Shown: positions 18,638 through 29,070, counted from the first letter of the stretch. The stretch: DNA of 64,000 nt from an uncultured Verrucomicrobiae bacterium (GCA_963762565.1 CAVXLD010000007.1:448001-512000); one strand, 5' to 3'. Translations and numbers: made by a program. The notes: generated by a model not told the origin, from the letters alone.

Positions 18638-21600
18638 ATGAGCGGGGATCTAGCCGATATCCTTAAGACGGTCAATGAAACGCCCTTGTTTCTCAAGAAT
18701 GTACTACATCGGGATGAGCGCACCGCCAAAATCATTAAGCTTTTCGGAAGCTTATTCGCCATTAGCCGAGGTGCAGCTGATGACATTCAACAGGGGATAT
18801 CGGAGTACCTGCGCTTCAACTACCAAGAGGAAATCGCCACCGCTCTCGAAGCCGCAGTAGAACAATACCGGGATTCTCCCACCCCGTTCGAGGAAGCCCT
18901 GCAGGCTCTTAGAACTTCCTGGGATGTTGCTGCCAAGGCTTTCTTCGCGATCAAGGTTTGCGAAATTCTAAGAAAGGTAGAACCAGCTTGGGCTAGACGT
19001 CTGCGCGCCATCGGGCAGAACCTTGGCTTACCGGAATCGGTCTTGGGCTTCGTGGGGGCGGTCGTCGATCCGGGCTTTGCTGAGACCCAGCCTCCCTCGA
19101 ACCGCCCCGTTCAATTTCGCCTGGGGCCGACTGGTTCGGCGAATTGTTTCTGTGTCCGAGATCTTCCCGACTTTCTCTACATCACCTGCTGGCAAAACGA
19201 CTTTTATGTTTCGGCTGGGCGGACCGGAGCTTCATTGGACGGGAAAGCGGTGCCGCCAAGCTTCGCCTTTCGTTTCGACCTGCTAAGCGAGTTGAGGTTT
19301 GGCCGTTTCCGGCTCCTATACCGGCAATTACAACTGCTCCAACGCTGGTTTCATCAAGGAACCAATGGAGTACCGAAATTCAGCTTGAAGAAAGAAGGTC
19401 AACTCCTTCTCCGACGGCCTTCCGAAGGGTCAAAAGAGAAGACCTGCACTCTAAAGCCAACGTACCTCGCGATAACAGAAGGCGGGGGCGAACGCCGAGT
19501 GGAGTGGCAAGACCGCCTTGAAGTCGACGGGACGAGGACGCGCGCCAATGAAGTAGCCGAAGTCATTTTGGCCCTGTCGGGAGCCGGCGAAGCCAAGGGT
19601 CAAAGATCCGCCTCATCCTGTCTGCTGGAGCTGGACAATGTTGGTTGCAACTTCGGGAAGATGCGCGGCCTGCGAGAAATCTCGTGTGTCGCAGCCGGCG
19701 GTCAGATGGTTGCGGTGATGGGACCTAGCGGGTGCGGAAAATCGACGCTGCTCGGAACCATGATCGGTGCAGTGCCTCTCACTGCCGGTAACATGAAGAT
19801 GAACGGGATCGACTTGTCGCGCCTGGTAAAAGAGAATCCTCGGCTGCTCGGGTATGTACCTCAGGATAACATCACTTTCGCGACCCTTACCGTTGCCGAA
19901 AATCTTTCTTATGGTGCCCGGCTCCGCCTGAGCGAACCGACTAAATCGCGAGTCGATGATTGCGTAAACAATGTCCTTGAGGAGATCGATCTGAAGGATC
20001 GGGCGACAGTGATTGTCGGAGACGAGGATACCAAGACATTGAGTGGCGGCCAAAGGAAGAGAGTCAGTTTGGGCCTTGAGTTGCTCACGCCAAAGTCCCT
20101 TCTTTTGCTGGATGAACCGACTTCGGGTCTGTCTTCGGGGGATTCGGAACGAATTTTGCGGATCCTTCGCGCCCGAGCCGATGCCGGCGCCTTAGTGTTC
20201 GTGGTGATCCATCAACCCAGCGCGGAGCTCTTCAGGCTCTTTGATCGTTTACTACTGTTGGATCGCGGAGGTGTGGCCGCTTTCTATGGCGATCCGCTGC
20301 ATGCCCGGGCCTACCTTGAAAAAGTGGCGCCGGTTCCCAGCGCTTCTGACGCCGACGAGTTCGATCCAGGCAGCCTTTTGGCGGCGCTAGAGGCACCCGC
20401 CAGACAAGTCGACGGACGCACAGAAGAACGCCGGATGTTTGATCCGGAATATTGGAAAGCTCGCTACGACGGCTATCGGCGGAGACATTTTTCTCCGGCG
20501 CCGGGCCCCGAGCTGACTCGATCACCGGCAGATGAACCCCTGCATGGTTGGCTACTCAGGCAGATGCAGATTTTGTTTGAGCGATCGCTCAGATGCAAAC
20601 TGCGTGACCATCTTGGTCTGGGCATCTCCTTAATCACTGCGATTTTTCTAGGGCTGGTCGTCGGCAAGATTCTCAGCTCCAATCCGGTCCTGAAGATCAA
20701 CAATTTGTTCGTCTCGTTTCCATTTCTTTCTTCGATCGTCGCGCTTTTTATCGGGATGTCTTCGAGTATCACGGAAGTGCTCCGGGAACGCCCGATTTTG
20801 CGCCGGGAAAAGCTTCTAAAGGTGAATCTGACACTGTGGCTGGGATCAAAGTTTGCCACGCTGGTGCTGACCGATTTTGTTCCCATTTTTTTGTATACCG
20901 TGATCAGCATGTACCTGTTGCAAGTACCGGAGTCGCTCTGGGGTTACTTGTTCTTCCTTTGGTTAGTCTCGGCGGTCGGAGTTGCTCTCGGGTTGGCAAT
21001 TTCCAGCGTGCCGAATATCAAAGAGGCAGCAGCCACGAATGCGTTGCCGCTGATCCTGGTGCCGCAGCTGGTGCTAGCGGGGGCCGATCCTTTCAAATTC
21101 GGTGACTTACAGCCCTTAGTCTTGTTCCCGGAGCAGGTTGCCGAGGCGAAAGTCGAAGCCGCGCAAAATGATGGGATGCTGTACCTGAAATCTTACACCA
21201 ATAACGGTAAAAAAACGGAGATTCACTTTCGCAAAACCGTGCCTGAAGTGGCAGCGCTGATGCCGTCTCGATGGGCCTACGAGGGATTGATCTCCTTGTA
21301 CACGAATCATTCCCGGTGGATCGGTGCCGAGCAGGTTGAATTCATTTACCAAGCTTGGAAGAATGCAGCGACTACTGCGGAGAATAGTGTCGCGAAGTCT
21401 GAAGAAGCGAAAGACATCATCCATTCGATAACGGCTCTTCTGGGCGATATTAGCCGCCGGAGCAAGAATCTGTCGGACAAATATCAAACCCAGTTCACAG
21501 ACCAAATCTTTGGCAACGACAAGGCGTCGAAGATTTGGGATCGTCCCCATGAGACCTTGCTGGTAAGATTCAAAACGATTCCGTTCACCAGTGTGTTGAT

Positions 21601-21772
21601 GGCGACCGAATGGTACAATGCGGTGGTGCTGGCCTTGATGGCCTTCATAACCTTGCTGGTCTCCCGGATCCTGTTGAGCAGTTGGGCACAGGCGGTTGTG
21701 CCGGCCATGTTTGGGTTGGTGTCGGATCGGATTTCGCAGATCCGCAGGAAACTTTGGAGCCGCGCGAGGTGA
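18638..21772 (+). CDS. ABCG/White-type fused ATPase-permease with long N-terminal extension
   Basis: Walker A GPSGCGKST, LSGGQRKRVSLGLEL, LLLDEPTSGL, VIHQPS; C-terminal ABC2 TM domain with PSRWAYEGL. Confidence 0.9.
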   Translation: MSGDLADILKTVNETPLFLKNVLHRDERTAKIIKLFGSLFAISRGAADDIQQGISEYLRFNYQEEIATALEAAVEQYRDSPTPFEEALQALRTSWDVAAKAFFAIKVCEILRKVEPAWARRLRAIGQNLGLPESVLGFVGAVVDPGFAETQPPSNRPVQFRLGPTGSANCFCVRDLPDFLYITCWQNDFYVSAGRTGASLDGKAVPPSFAFRFDLLSELRFGRFRLLYRQLQLLQRWFHQGTNGVPKFSLKKEGQLLLRRPSEGSKEKTCTLKPTYLAITEGGGERRVEWQDRLEVDGTRTRANEVAEVILALSGAGEAKGQRSASSCLLELDNVGCNFGKMRGLREISCVAAGGQMVAVMGPSGCGKSTLLGTMIGAVPLTAGNMKMNGIDLSRLVKENPRLLGYVPQDNITFATLTVAENLSYGARLRLSEPTKSRVDDCVNNVLEEIDLKDRATVIVGDEDTKTLSGGQRKRVSLGLELLTPKSLLLLDEPTSGLSSGDSERILRILRARADAGALVFVVIHQPSAELFRLFDRLLLLDRGGVAAFYGDPLHARAYLEKVAPVPSASDADEFDPGSLLAALEAPARQVDGRTEERRMFDPEYWKARYDGYRRRHFSPAPGPELTRSPADEPLHGWLLRQMQILFERSLRCKLRDHLGLGISLITAIFLGLVVGKILSSNPVLKINNLFVSFPFLSSIVALFIGMSSSITEVLRERPILRREKLLKVNLTLWLGSKFATLVLTDFVPIFLYTVISMYLLQVPESLWGYLFFLWLVSAVGVALGLAISSVPNIKEAAATNALPLILVPQLVLAGADPFKFGDLQPLVLFPEQVAEAKVEAAQNDGMLYLKSYTNNGKKTEIHFRKTVPEVAALMPSRWAYEGLISLYTNHSRWIGAEQVEFIYQAWKNAATTAENSVAKSEEAKDIIHSITALLGDISRRSKNLSDKYQTQFTDQIFGNDKASKIWDRPHETLLVRFKTIPFTSVLMATEWYNAVVLALMAFITLLVSRILLSSWAQAVVPAMFGLVSDRISQIRRKLWSRAR

Positions 21773-21776
21773 AACC

Positions 21777-23222
21777 ATGTCCCAGCCAAGATCTTCTGGC
21801 CAAAATCCTTTTTTCCTGATTGCAGGCGATTCAACAGCGGCGGCCTTGACCGCGCTTGAGTTAGCTCGCCAAGGCATCCCCGCTAAGTTGGTCGCCGCAC
21901 CGGGTTCGGCTGGGGCTGGAATCGCTATGTCCTTTGGTATTCCGCTCGATCCTAGTTCGTTTTCCTTGTTCCTTGGGCGGGTAGGGTTAGGGGACGTAAC
22001 GCATCTGATTCTCTTTCCGACCGATCTCTGTGAGCTCGCGCTTTGGTTAGCAGCGTCCCAGGACGCGCTTGACGCAAAAAGTAAGCGAACTCCTCTAAGC
22101 GTATTCGCCGCGGCTCCAAACGCCGAAAGTCTGGCTGCGGTGCGCCGCGGCGTCGTGGTGATCGAGCCTCAGCCAAGTTTCTTTGTTCAGTTCTTTTCCA
22201 CAGACGAGGACGTAGCCCGTGACTTCGTATTTCAATATTTTGGCAACAGGGCCAGGGTTTCGGATGGAGCTGACGGGTTCTTGATCGTTGGTTCCAACTC
22301 GTTAGCCGAAGCGATCGCGCTCAAGATCGCCAAGCTAGGTGGATTGCTCGATGGTTCCAAACCCAAGCTCGACTGGATCGTTGCCCGGGACATGGCGAAG
22401 AGAGTCGATCTTCGCTATCCGGCACTAAAAGAAATCTGTATTCTGAATTTCCACTCGCCCGAAGACGAGCCTCTCGCGATGATCGAGTCGTTTGCTGACT
22501 TGACTCGCGCACTGATCTTAACCGAAGGATCAAGAGGTCTGGAGGAGTGTTCCACCATTGGTCAACGAGGAGTGCTCAAGCATTTCAGTGGAACCTATGT
22601 TCCGCACAGCCGGTCTGACCGGCTGAATAGAATATTTCACAAACATTTCTCCTGGGGCGCCAATGCGGGTCATGTGCGTTTCTTTGGGGATTATTCAGCC
22701 ATTGCGTCCCAGGCCCGGTTCGTAGAAACGGGGCGATTTCGGTTACCTCGCTCTATCCATGAGCGTTATTGTGAGGCGCGGATGGCAGAGGGAGAATTAC
22801 CCGTCGATAATCCGAGTCTAAAGCCCTGGCACGCGATCGATGAAGACCTGCGTCAATCGAACCGGGAACGAGCGGATCATGTGATCTATGTGCTCGGGCG
22901 TTTAGGCTATGTGGTCGAAGAAGCCGGTCGCAACAGTTCCTCTTCACCTATTTCCATCAATAAAGATGTTCTAGAACAGCTGGCTCGGCTGGAACATATG
23001 CGTTGGACGGCCGAGCGTCGATTGGCTTGGTGGTCCTTTGGAGCGATCCGAGACAATGCCTTGCGCCGGCATCCATTGCTTATCCCTTACGAGGCGCTCG
23101 ATGAAGACGAGAAAGAAAAGGATCGACAGACCATGCGTGACATCCCCGAGGTCCTGCGGCGAGCAGGCTTGGTGGCGAGATCCGGAGACCAGACAGGAAT
23201 GCCGCCGCCATTACCGAATTGA
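21777..23222 (+). CDS. RyR-domain protein with degenerate TrkA-N/Rossmann-like N-terminus
   Basis: IHERY...PW..IDEDLRQSNRERADH; LARLEHMRW.AERR..WWSFG..RD...RRHPLLIPYEALDEDEKEKDR; ATG 4 nt after the ABC stop. Confidence 0.8.
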   Translation: MSQPRSSGQNPFFLIAGDSTAAALTALELARQGIPAKLVAAPGSAGAGIAMSFGIPLDPSSFSLFLGRVGLGDVTHLILFPTDLCELALWLAASQDALDAKSKRTPLSVFAAAPNAESLAAVRRGVVVIEPQPSFFVQFFSTDEDVARDFVFQYFGNRARVSDGADGFLIVGSNSLAEAIALKIAKLGGLLDGSKPKLDWIVARDMAKRVDLRYPALKEICILNFHSPEDEPLAMIESFADLTRALILTEGSRGLEECSTIGQRGVLKHFSGTYVPHSRSDRLNRIFHKHFSWGANAGHVRFFGDYSAIASQARFVETGRFRLPRSIHERYCEARMAEGELPVDNPSLKPWHAIDEDLRQSNRERADHVIYVLGRLGYVVEEAGRNSSSSPISINKDVLEQLARLEHMRWTAERRLAWWSFGAIRDNALRRHPLLIPYEALDEDEKEKDRQTMRDIPEVLRRAGLVARSGDQTGMPPPLPN

Positions 23223-23244
23223 GTAGGGTTGTTGCCGGAAAGCT

Positions 23245-23715
23245 ATGAGACGTTATCAAATTATTCTGACGTTTGCGCTGTTGGCCCTGTTAGTAACTGC
23301 TCGCGCCGACGACAAGCTCGGGCCACCGCCCTGGACCAAGGATCATGCGGACGGCGGTGATCAGCGGCCGCCTCCCTGGATGCAGGATGACCCGGGCGGC
23401 AACAAATTTGGGGTTGATCCCATGCAGCTTTTGCAATCCAAGGACATCAAAGAACAATTGAAATTGACCGACGACCAGTCCCGGCAGTTGGCCAGTCTGG
23501 CCACTCGGTACCAGCAGGAAATCAAGAAAGAGCTCGGGAACATGGATATGAGCAAACTGACCGGCGACGAACGGACTAAGAAAGAGGCGGAGCTCAGGGA
23601 AACCTTGACTAACCTGATGGAGTCAGAACGCCAAGAAGTAGAAAAGATTTTGAACGCCGATCAGTTGGACGCCTTCAAGCGCATCATGCTCAAAGTCAAT
23701 GGAGCGGAGGCGTAG
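23245..23715 (+). CDS. Secreted Spy/CpxP-like helical protein (LTxxQ motifs)
   Basis: Signal peptide ARA-D; LKLTDDQ and ILNADQ motifs; two PPPW..D repeats. Confidence 0.65.
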   Translation: MRRYQIILTFALLALLVTARADDKLGPPPWTKDHADGGDQRPPPWMQDDPGGNKFGVDPMQLLQSKDIKEQLKLTDDQSRQLASLATRYQQEIKKELGNMDMSKLTGDERTKKEAELRETLTNLMESERQEVEKILNADQLDAFKRIMLKVNGAEA

Positions 23716-23724
23716 GGATAAAAT

Positions 23725-23990
23725 GGTGGGGCGAGGCTCCGGAATTATCCAGCCGTATTCGCAGGGTTATGGTTGGTTCCAACGATCCCGTTTGCAAGTC
23801 CAAATCATCCGCCGAGCCGGGCCCAGCGTTATGCATGCTGGTCAAGCGGTTATTATCGTCGATACGTCTTTGAGCCTTGGCGTGTCTTGGGCCAACGTCT
23901 CGGCAGCTTATTGGCCCATCACAATTAGGGGAAACAATCCGTTCCCGTCGCTGGAAATGTCTCTGGGTTATTCGGGAGCCTCGCCCCACC
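23725..23990. repeat. REPIN family B copy
   Basis: ggtggggcgaggctccggaa ... ttcgggagcctcgccccacc. Confidence 0.8.
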
Positions 23991-24005
23991 AAATTTGAAT
24001 TTTCT

Positions 24006-25091
24006 ATGTCATCATTCCGTTACTCATCTTTAGTCATTATTTGCGCCGCCTGCTCGGTCTCGCCGCTATACGCCGCAGACGACACCAATACGCCACCAAA
24101 ACCGGCGGAAACCGCGGCTGAGATCACCTCCAAGGTCTCTTTGGTGCATCTCGGCAGCATTGATACCTTCACCATTACCGAACAAGGAACCTTAGCCGGC
24201 CGGTTTTTGTTAAGCGCTCTGAACAGCAAAGACCTGAGCTATGCGAGGAAGGCCAAGGAAATCTATGAAACCATCATTCCGAAGGAACACTATGGGGGAG
24301 AATACACCGCTTTGGAGTGGTTCTGTGATTACTTGCTTGGGAACGAAGACAGTCGTAAACAGCAGCTGGCAGACCGTTATCACAAGAGCTTTTTCGAATT
24401 CTTCAGCGCTAACGATTTCGCCACTCTGAAAGAATATCTGACCCGCAAATACAAGCTAAAGAAGTTGGCCGACTCGGGTACCGAAGCCGGAAGGGATAGG
24501 ATCGCTTTTCTCGAGGACTTCATTCTTTTCAACAATCCGCGGCGCGAAGAATGGGAAAAAACGAGTAAGATCATCGAGGCTCTCAAAATTCAGCCGGGAA
24601 CCACAATCGCCGATGTGGGTTGCGGGCCAGGTTACTACACCTTCAAATTTTCCGAGTTAGTGGGGCCAGGCGGTAAGGTCTTGGGCATCGATACGGTCCA
24701 GGAACATCTAAACTACATCAAGGGCCTTTGTACAAAGTTCGGCATAAAGAATATCGAGACAATCAAGGACCGTGAGGATTCCGCCGGTATCCCCGCGAAC
24801 AGCGTGGACATGATCTTCATGTGCTCGTTGTATCACATTATCTACACGACTTTGATCGAGGAAGTAAAAGACCGCTTTATAGACAGTTTGAAAGCGGCAC
24901 TGAAGCCGGATGGACGGCTCGTGATTGTAGACAACGCGGTTGTGACCCAGGGAACGCTGCCCTATCACGGACCACACATCGCGAAGGAATTAATTATTGG
25001 GCAGCTCTATTACTACGGCTTCGATCTAACGGAACAATATCAGTTTATCCCGCAGCGCTATGTCCTGGTGTTCAAAAAGCGAACCGAATAG
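24006..25091 (+). CDS. Class I SAM-dependent methyltransferase with N-terminal signal peptide and helical domain
   Basis: IADVGCGPGYY motif I, VLGIDT, SVDMIFM..LYH, ALKPDGRLVIVD; start reassigned to ATG 24006. Confidence 0.85.
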   Translation: MSSFRYSSLVIICAACSVSPLYAADDTNTPPKPAETAAEITSKVSLVHLGSIDTFTITEQGTLAGRFLLSALNSKDLSYARKAKEIYETIIPKEHYGGEYTALEWFCDYLLGNEDSRKQQLADRYHKSFFEFFSANDFATLKEYLTRKYKLKKLADSGTEAGRDRIAFLEDFILFNNPRREEWEKTSKIIEALKIQPGTTIADVGCGPGYYTFKFSELVGPGGKVLGIDTVQEHLNYIKGLCTKFGIKNIETIKDREDSAGIPANSVDMIFMCSLYHIIYTTLIEEVKDRFIDSLKAALKPDGRLVIVDNAVVTQGTLPYHGPHIAKELIIGQLYYYGFDLTEQYQFIPQRYVLVFKKRTE

Positions 25092-25106
25092 CAAATAGCA
25101 GATAGT

Positions 25107-25321
25107 GGTCGGGCGAGGCTCCCGAAAGACCCTTCTGTGTCACCGGAGACATTCGGCAAATAACTTTCCGAACAAATGTATTACGTCTACAGACGCGCCG
25201 AGCCGGGGTCACGCGCCGGGATTGCGGCTCGGCGCGCGCTCAGGTGTAACCGGGTTTTCAGTCAGCCCAAACTGAATCGCTGTGCGGAAACCAGTCCGCC
25301 ATTCGGGAGCCTCGCCCTACC
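25107..25321. repeat. REPIN family B copy
   Basis: ggtcgggcgaggctcccgaa ... ttcgggagcctcgccctacc with inner cgcgccgagccg/cggctcggcgcg. Confidence 0.8.
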
Positions 25322-25333
25322 TCCTTCTGCCCC

Positions 25334-26218
25334 TTGACCTCCCACCTCATCGGCATCCTGGCCGCCCTCGGTTCCGCCGCCTCTTGGGCGGTTGGCACCC
25401 TACTATTTAAAGGCATCGGCGAGGAGTTCTCGCCGATGGCGATGACGTTCATCAAAAGCTTTTTAGGCGTTTTGCTATTGGCGGGAGCGATTCTGCTGGT
25501 CGGTTGGGAATCAGTAAGGTCTTTGCCGCTCGGTTGGCTTGCACTCAGCGGGCTGCTCGGTATCTCTCTCGGGGATACTTTCTTCTTCGCAGCGCTGCGC
25601 CGTTTGCCCGCGCACCAATTGGTTATTCTTATGCTGCTGGCGCCGGCAGTCACGTTGTTCCTGGCCTTGTGCTTCCTGGGAGAACGGCCGGCGCTCGTGA
25701 GCTGGGTCGGAATCATCCTCGTTCTCGGTGGGGTTAGTCTGACTTTTAAGGACAAGATAGAGGTCGATCAGGAAGCGCGGCAGCGGGGGCTGGGATTGCT
25801 TTTCGGCGTCCTCTCGGTCCTGTCGATGGCGGGCTCGATCATCATAGCCAAAATCGGCCTTCAAGACGTTTCTGCCATGGAAGGAACGTTTCTCCGGCTG
25901 TTCTTCGGATTTGTCGGGATGCTGGTTGTCGGGCTGGCCCGAAGGGAGCTGAGGAACTGGTTGGTTCCGTTGCGTCAGGCCGGGTTGCGTTGGCGTTTTC
26001 TGTTAGCGGTGGTCGTCGTGACGTTCGGGGGCTTCTGGCTCTCTCTCGATGCCATTAAGCGACTGGATGTTTCGATCGCAAATACCCTGCTTGCCACTGA
26101 ACCAGTCTTTGCATTGCCGCTGGCGGTGATTTGGCTGCGCGAACATGCTACCGGCGCTGCGGTTGTTGGAGCGATCGTCGCATTATGCGGCGCCGGTATC
26201 CTGGCTTTCAGTGGCTAG
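25334..26218 (+). CDS. DMT/EamA family transporter
   Basis: About 10 TM helices in two repeats; G.LAAL.SA.SWA, GDTFFF.AL, TEPVFALPLA. Confidence 0.9.
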   Translation: MTSHLIGILAALGSAASWAVGTLLFKGIGEEFSPMAMTFIKSFLGVLLLAGAILLVGWESVRSLPLGWLALSGLLGISLGDTFFFAALRRLPAHQLVILMLLAPAVTLFLALCFLGERPALVSWVGIILVLGGVSLTFKDKIEVDQEARQRGLGLLFGVLSVLSMAGSIIIAKIGLQDVSAMEGTFLRLFFGFVGMLVVGLARRELRNWLVPLRQAGLRWRFLLAVVVVTFGGFWLSLDAIKRLDVSIANTLLATEPVFALPLAVIWLREHATGAAVVGAIVALCGAGILAFSG

Positions 26219-26468
26219 CGCTCTATGAGACACCTGGGACTTATGGCCAGCATATAAGTCCCATAGGTCATATAGAGCCCGTCGCGCCGTAGGCTTGGCG
26301 AAGGCGGATTCCCATCCGTTCCCCGCCCATCGCGCCGCTTTCCCTCTACCCGCCCAACGCCGATACGCTCACACGCCCAGAATCCCGGCTTGACCTCGGT
26401 TCCAGAAACGAATGAAATGGCGCTGAAAGAAATTCTGCAAGTATCGCCAATTTCGGCATCTAATCCTT

Positions 26469-27953
26469 ATGAATATCGTCGGACAATCTCCGAACATATC
26501 TGACGCGTTGATGGATCGTGCGCTCAGTAGAGTCGCTGACTTCAATCGATTCCGAGAGGAAGGTCTAGTCTGTCGAAGCGGCGACTTTTTTCCCTCAGTC
26601 CACTATCCGCCGATCACGATGTACCATGAAGTGGACGAAAATAGGCTGTTCGAGGATTATTCATTGCCGGCCGATGGGAAATTGGACGTGTACGCGCACA
26701 TTCCGTTCTGCAAGCAGCGCTGCATCTTTTGTCATTACCCGGTGATGCTCGGCAAAAAGGAGGCGGAGATGGATCAGTATCTGGGCGCCATGGAAAAAGA
26801 AATGGATATTTACATGCGCCGGTTGGGCGTTGATCACATCAAGGTCCGATCCATTCTCATCGGCGGTGGGACTCCTTCCTACCTTAGCCCGGTGCAATTG
26901 AAACGGTTTCTGGATTTCTTCACTAAGCGTCTCGATATGTCGGAGTGCGATCAATTTAACTGGGACGTTGATCCTTCGACCCTGGTTGGTCCGATCGGCT
27001 TGGAACGGCTCAAGATCCTGCGAGATTATGGTTCAGACCGGATGACCCTCGGAATCCAATCGTTGGATGAGCGCGTCCTGGAGATCATGAACCGGCCGCA
27101 TGACAAATCGGTCGCGCTGGAAGCGATTCGGAACTGCCAAGAACACGGCTATCAGGTCAACATTGAATTCATTTTTGGTCACCCAGGGGAGACGCTGGAG
27201 AATTGGGTGGACGTTATGCGAGAGGCGGTAACACTGGGTACTGAGGAGATACAACTTTACCGGCTGAAGGTGGAAGCCTACGGCGATTATCAGGGCCCGA
27301 TTAAAAACTATCTTAATAAACGTCCGGATGAAGCAGTTCCGCACGAAGAGCAGATCATGATGAAGCAGCTCGCGATCGATATCCTGGCTGAGAACGGATA
27401 TCATGAGAATCTGCGGCGAGTTTATACTAAGGAGCGGCAACATTTCTCCTGTTACGCAGAGAACCAGTGCTGCAAACTTTATGATGAGGTCGGTTTTGGG
27501 TTGACCGCGTTCAGCAGCTTACGGGATCGCTTTGTCCTGAACAGTGAGACCTTTGGTGAGTACTACCAACATATTGAAGAAGGCAGAATGCCGCTCAACC
27601 GCGGTCTGAAGCGTGACAAAGATCAACAATTGCGCTGGGCCATTGTGTTACCGATGAAGAATCGGGACGTCTATAAGAGCACGTTCGAGGCCGCCACAAA
27701 CGGAGAATCTATCGAAAACGTCTTTCGGCCAAAGATCGAGCGGCTCAAAGCGTATGGCTTGTTGCGGGAAGACGACGTTAGTCTCGGGCTAACCCAACTA
27801 GGGGCATTTTTTGCCGACGAAGTCGCCCAACAATTCCATTCTGACGATTACATCCCGTATCCGCGCGAGGCCTACGCTGACGGTCCTCTCAATCCTTATC
27901 TGGATACGGATCCTTACGCGGCGACAGGTGCGGCAACCTCAGCAGTTTCTTAA
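26469..27953 (+). CDS. HemN-like (class C) radical SAM enzyme
   Basis: YAHIPFCKQRCIFCHY, GGGTPS, R..LGIQS, R.H, IFG.PGET; lacks HemW HNxxYW and HemN RNFQGY. Confidence 0.88.
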   Translation: MNIVGQSPNISDALMDRALSRVADFNRFREEGLVCRSGDFFPSVHYPPITMYHEVDENRLFEDYSLPADGKLDVYAHIPFCKQRCIFCHYPVMLGKKEAEMDQYLGAMEKEMDIYMRRLGVDHIKVRSILIGGGTPSYLSPVQLKRFLDFFTKRLDMSECDQFNWDVDPSTLVGPIGLERLKILRDYGSDRMTLGIQSLDERVLEIMNRPHDKSVALEAIRNCQEHGYQVNIEFIFGHPGETLENWVDVMREAVTLGTEEIQLYRLKVEAYGDYQGPIKNYLNKRPDEAVPHEEQIMMKQLAIDILAENGYHENLRRVYTKERQHFSCYAENQCCKLYDEVGFGLTAFSSLRDRFVLNSETFGEYYQHIEEGRMPLNRGLKRDKDQQLRWAIVLPMKNRDVYKSTFEAATNGESIENVFRPKIERLKAYGLLREDDVSLGLTQLGAFFADEVAQQFHSDDYIPYPREAYADGPLNPYLDTDPYAATGAATSAVS

Positions 27954-27981
27954 ATATATCTTGGAGCACGAATCAACGGCG

Positions 27982-29043
27982 ATGTTTAACGACACGGTAG
28001 CGTTTGCTGGGCAGTCTGGAAACGGTCGTCAATACGTAGATGGTTTGGAACTAAGCGATCCCGATCTATTTTGGGATCGAGATGCTATTCTTCGTTGGCT
28101 ACAGGTTAGGGGATCTGAGCAAGAGCAGCTTTTTGCTGCGGCTCGATCTGCCCGGGAAAAGGTCTATGGCCGCCGGGTGGTCGTTCGGGGTTTAATTGAG
28201 GTCACAAATCTCTGTCGAGTGAACTGCCAATTCTGCCCGATGCGGCGAGATAACACGAAACAAAACACGATTTTCCAGCTAACCCCTGAGCAGATACTAG
28301 AGGTAGTGACCGAAATTAAGGCGGCCGGCATTAACGTGGTTTTTTTCCAGGCCGGTGAGGTGGGCAAAACCACTCGTTTGATAGGCGACGTGATACCCGA
28401 GATCCAGGCACGATTTGGCAATCCGGTTGAGCTTTTGCTTTGTCTTGGTAACAAGACAGATACCGAATTCGAATTTCTGAAAAAGCAGGGAGCCACCAGT
28501 TACATCCTGAAGCACGAGACCAGCGACCCGGATCTGAATGAACGGATGCGGGAGTCGTCGTTCGAAGAAAGAATGCGCTGTTTGCGGACGTTAGTTGGAT
28601 TGGGGTTCAAGGTGGGAACCGGAGCGATTGTTGGATTGCCCGGCCAGTCAATCGAGAGTCTCGCTAACGATCTGGAACTTGCCCGAGACCTTGGCGCGCA
28701 CATGGTCAGCGGCTCTCCGTTTATCCCAGCGCCGGATACCCCGTTGGCTGGTTATCCGGCCGGTGATGTCGAGCTGACTCTGAATTTTATTGCGATTGCC
28801 CGGCTCATGAATCCTTCCTGGCTGATACCCAGTGTCAGTGCTTTGGAGCGTCGGCAGGGCGGAGGCCAGCTTAGCGGGCTCGCCGCCGGGGCTAACGTCT
28901 TGACCGTCAATTTCACACCCCCAGTCGAGCAGGAAAAATATCTGATTTATGGTAAGGATCGGTACGTGGTTCGAAACGACCATGTGACCGAGATCGTTCG
29001 TCAAGCTGGGCTGGAACGCGCGCAGTCAGTGTTCGCAGCCTGA
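27982..29043 (+). CDS. HydE/PylB/BioB-like radical SAM enzyme
   Basis: RGLIEVTNLCRVNCQFCPMRRDN, YILKHET, GTGAIVGLPGQ, PFIPAPDTPL, GANVLTVNFTP...YLIY. Confidence 0.85.
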   Translation: MFNDTVAFAGQSGNGRQYVDGLELSDPDLFWDRDAILRWLQVRGSEQEQLFAAARSAREKVYGRRVVVRGLIEVTNLCRVNCQFCPMRRDNTKQNTIFQLTPEQILEVVTEIKAAGINVVFFQAGEVGKTTRLIGDVIPEIQARFGNPVELLLCLGNKTDTEFEFLKKQGATSYILKHETSDPDLNERMRESSFEERMRCLRTLVGLGFKVGTGAIVGLPGQSIESLANDLELARDLGAHMVSGSPFIPAPDTPLAGYPAGDVELTLNFIAIARLMNPSWLIPSVSALERRQGGGQLSGLAAGANVLTVNFTPPVEQEKYLIYGKDRYVVRNDHVTEIVRQAGLERAQSVFAA

Positions 29044-29070
29044 TTTCCGGTACGGCGAGGCTCCATCGCT

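Noticed and set aside
21116..21877. 253-aa minus-strand ORF and the many similar shadow ORFs
   Set aside because: Antisense to well-supported genes; expected in GC-rich DNA
26469..27953. Calling the gene hemN or hemW
   Set aside because: Lacks the RNFQGY and HNxxYW signatures; no heme context
27982..29043. Calling the gene hydE or pylB
   Set aside because: No hydrogenase or pyrrolysine genes nearby; fold similarity alone does not fix function
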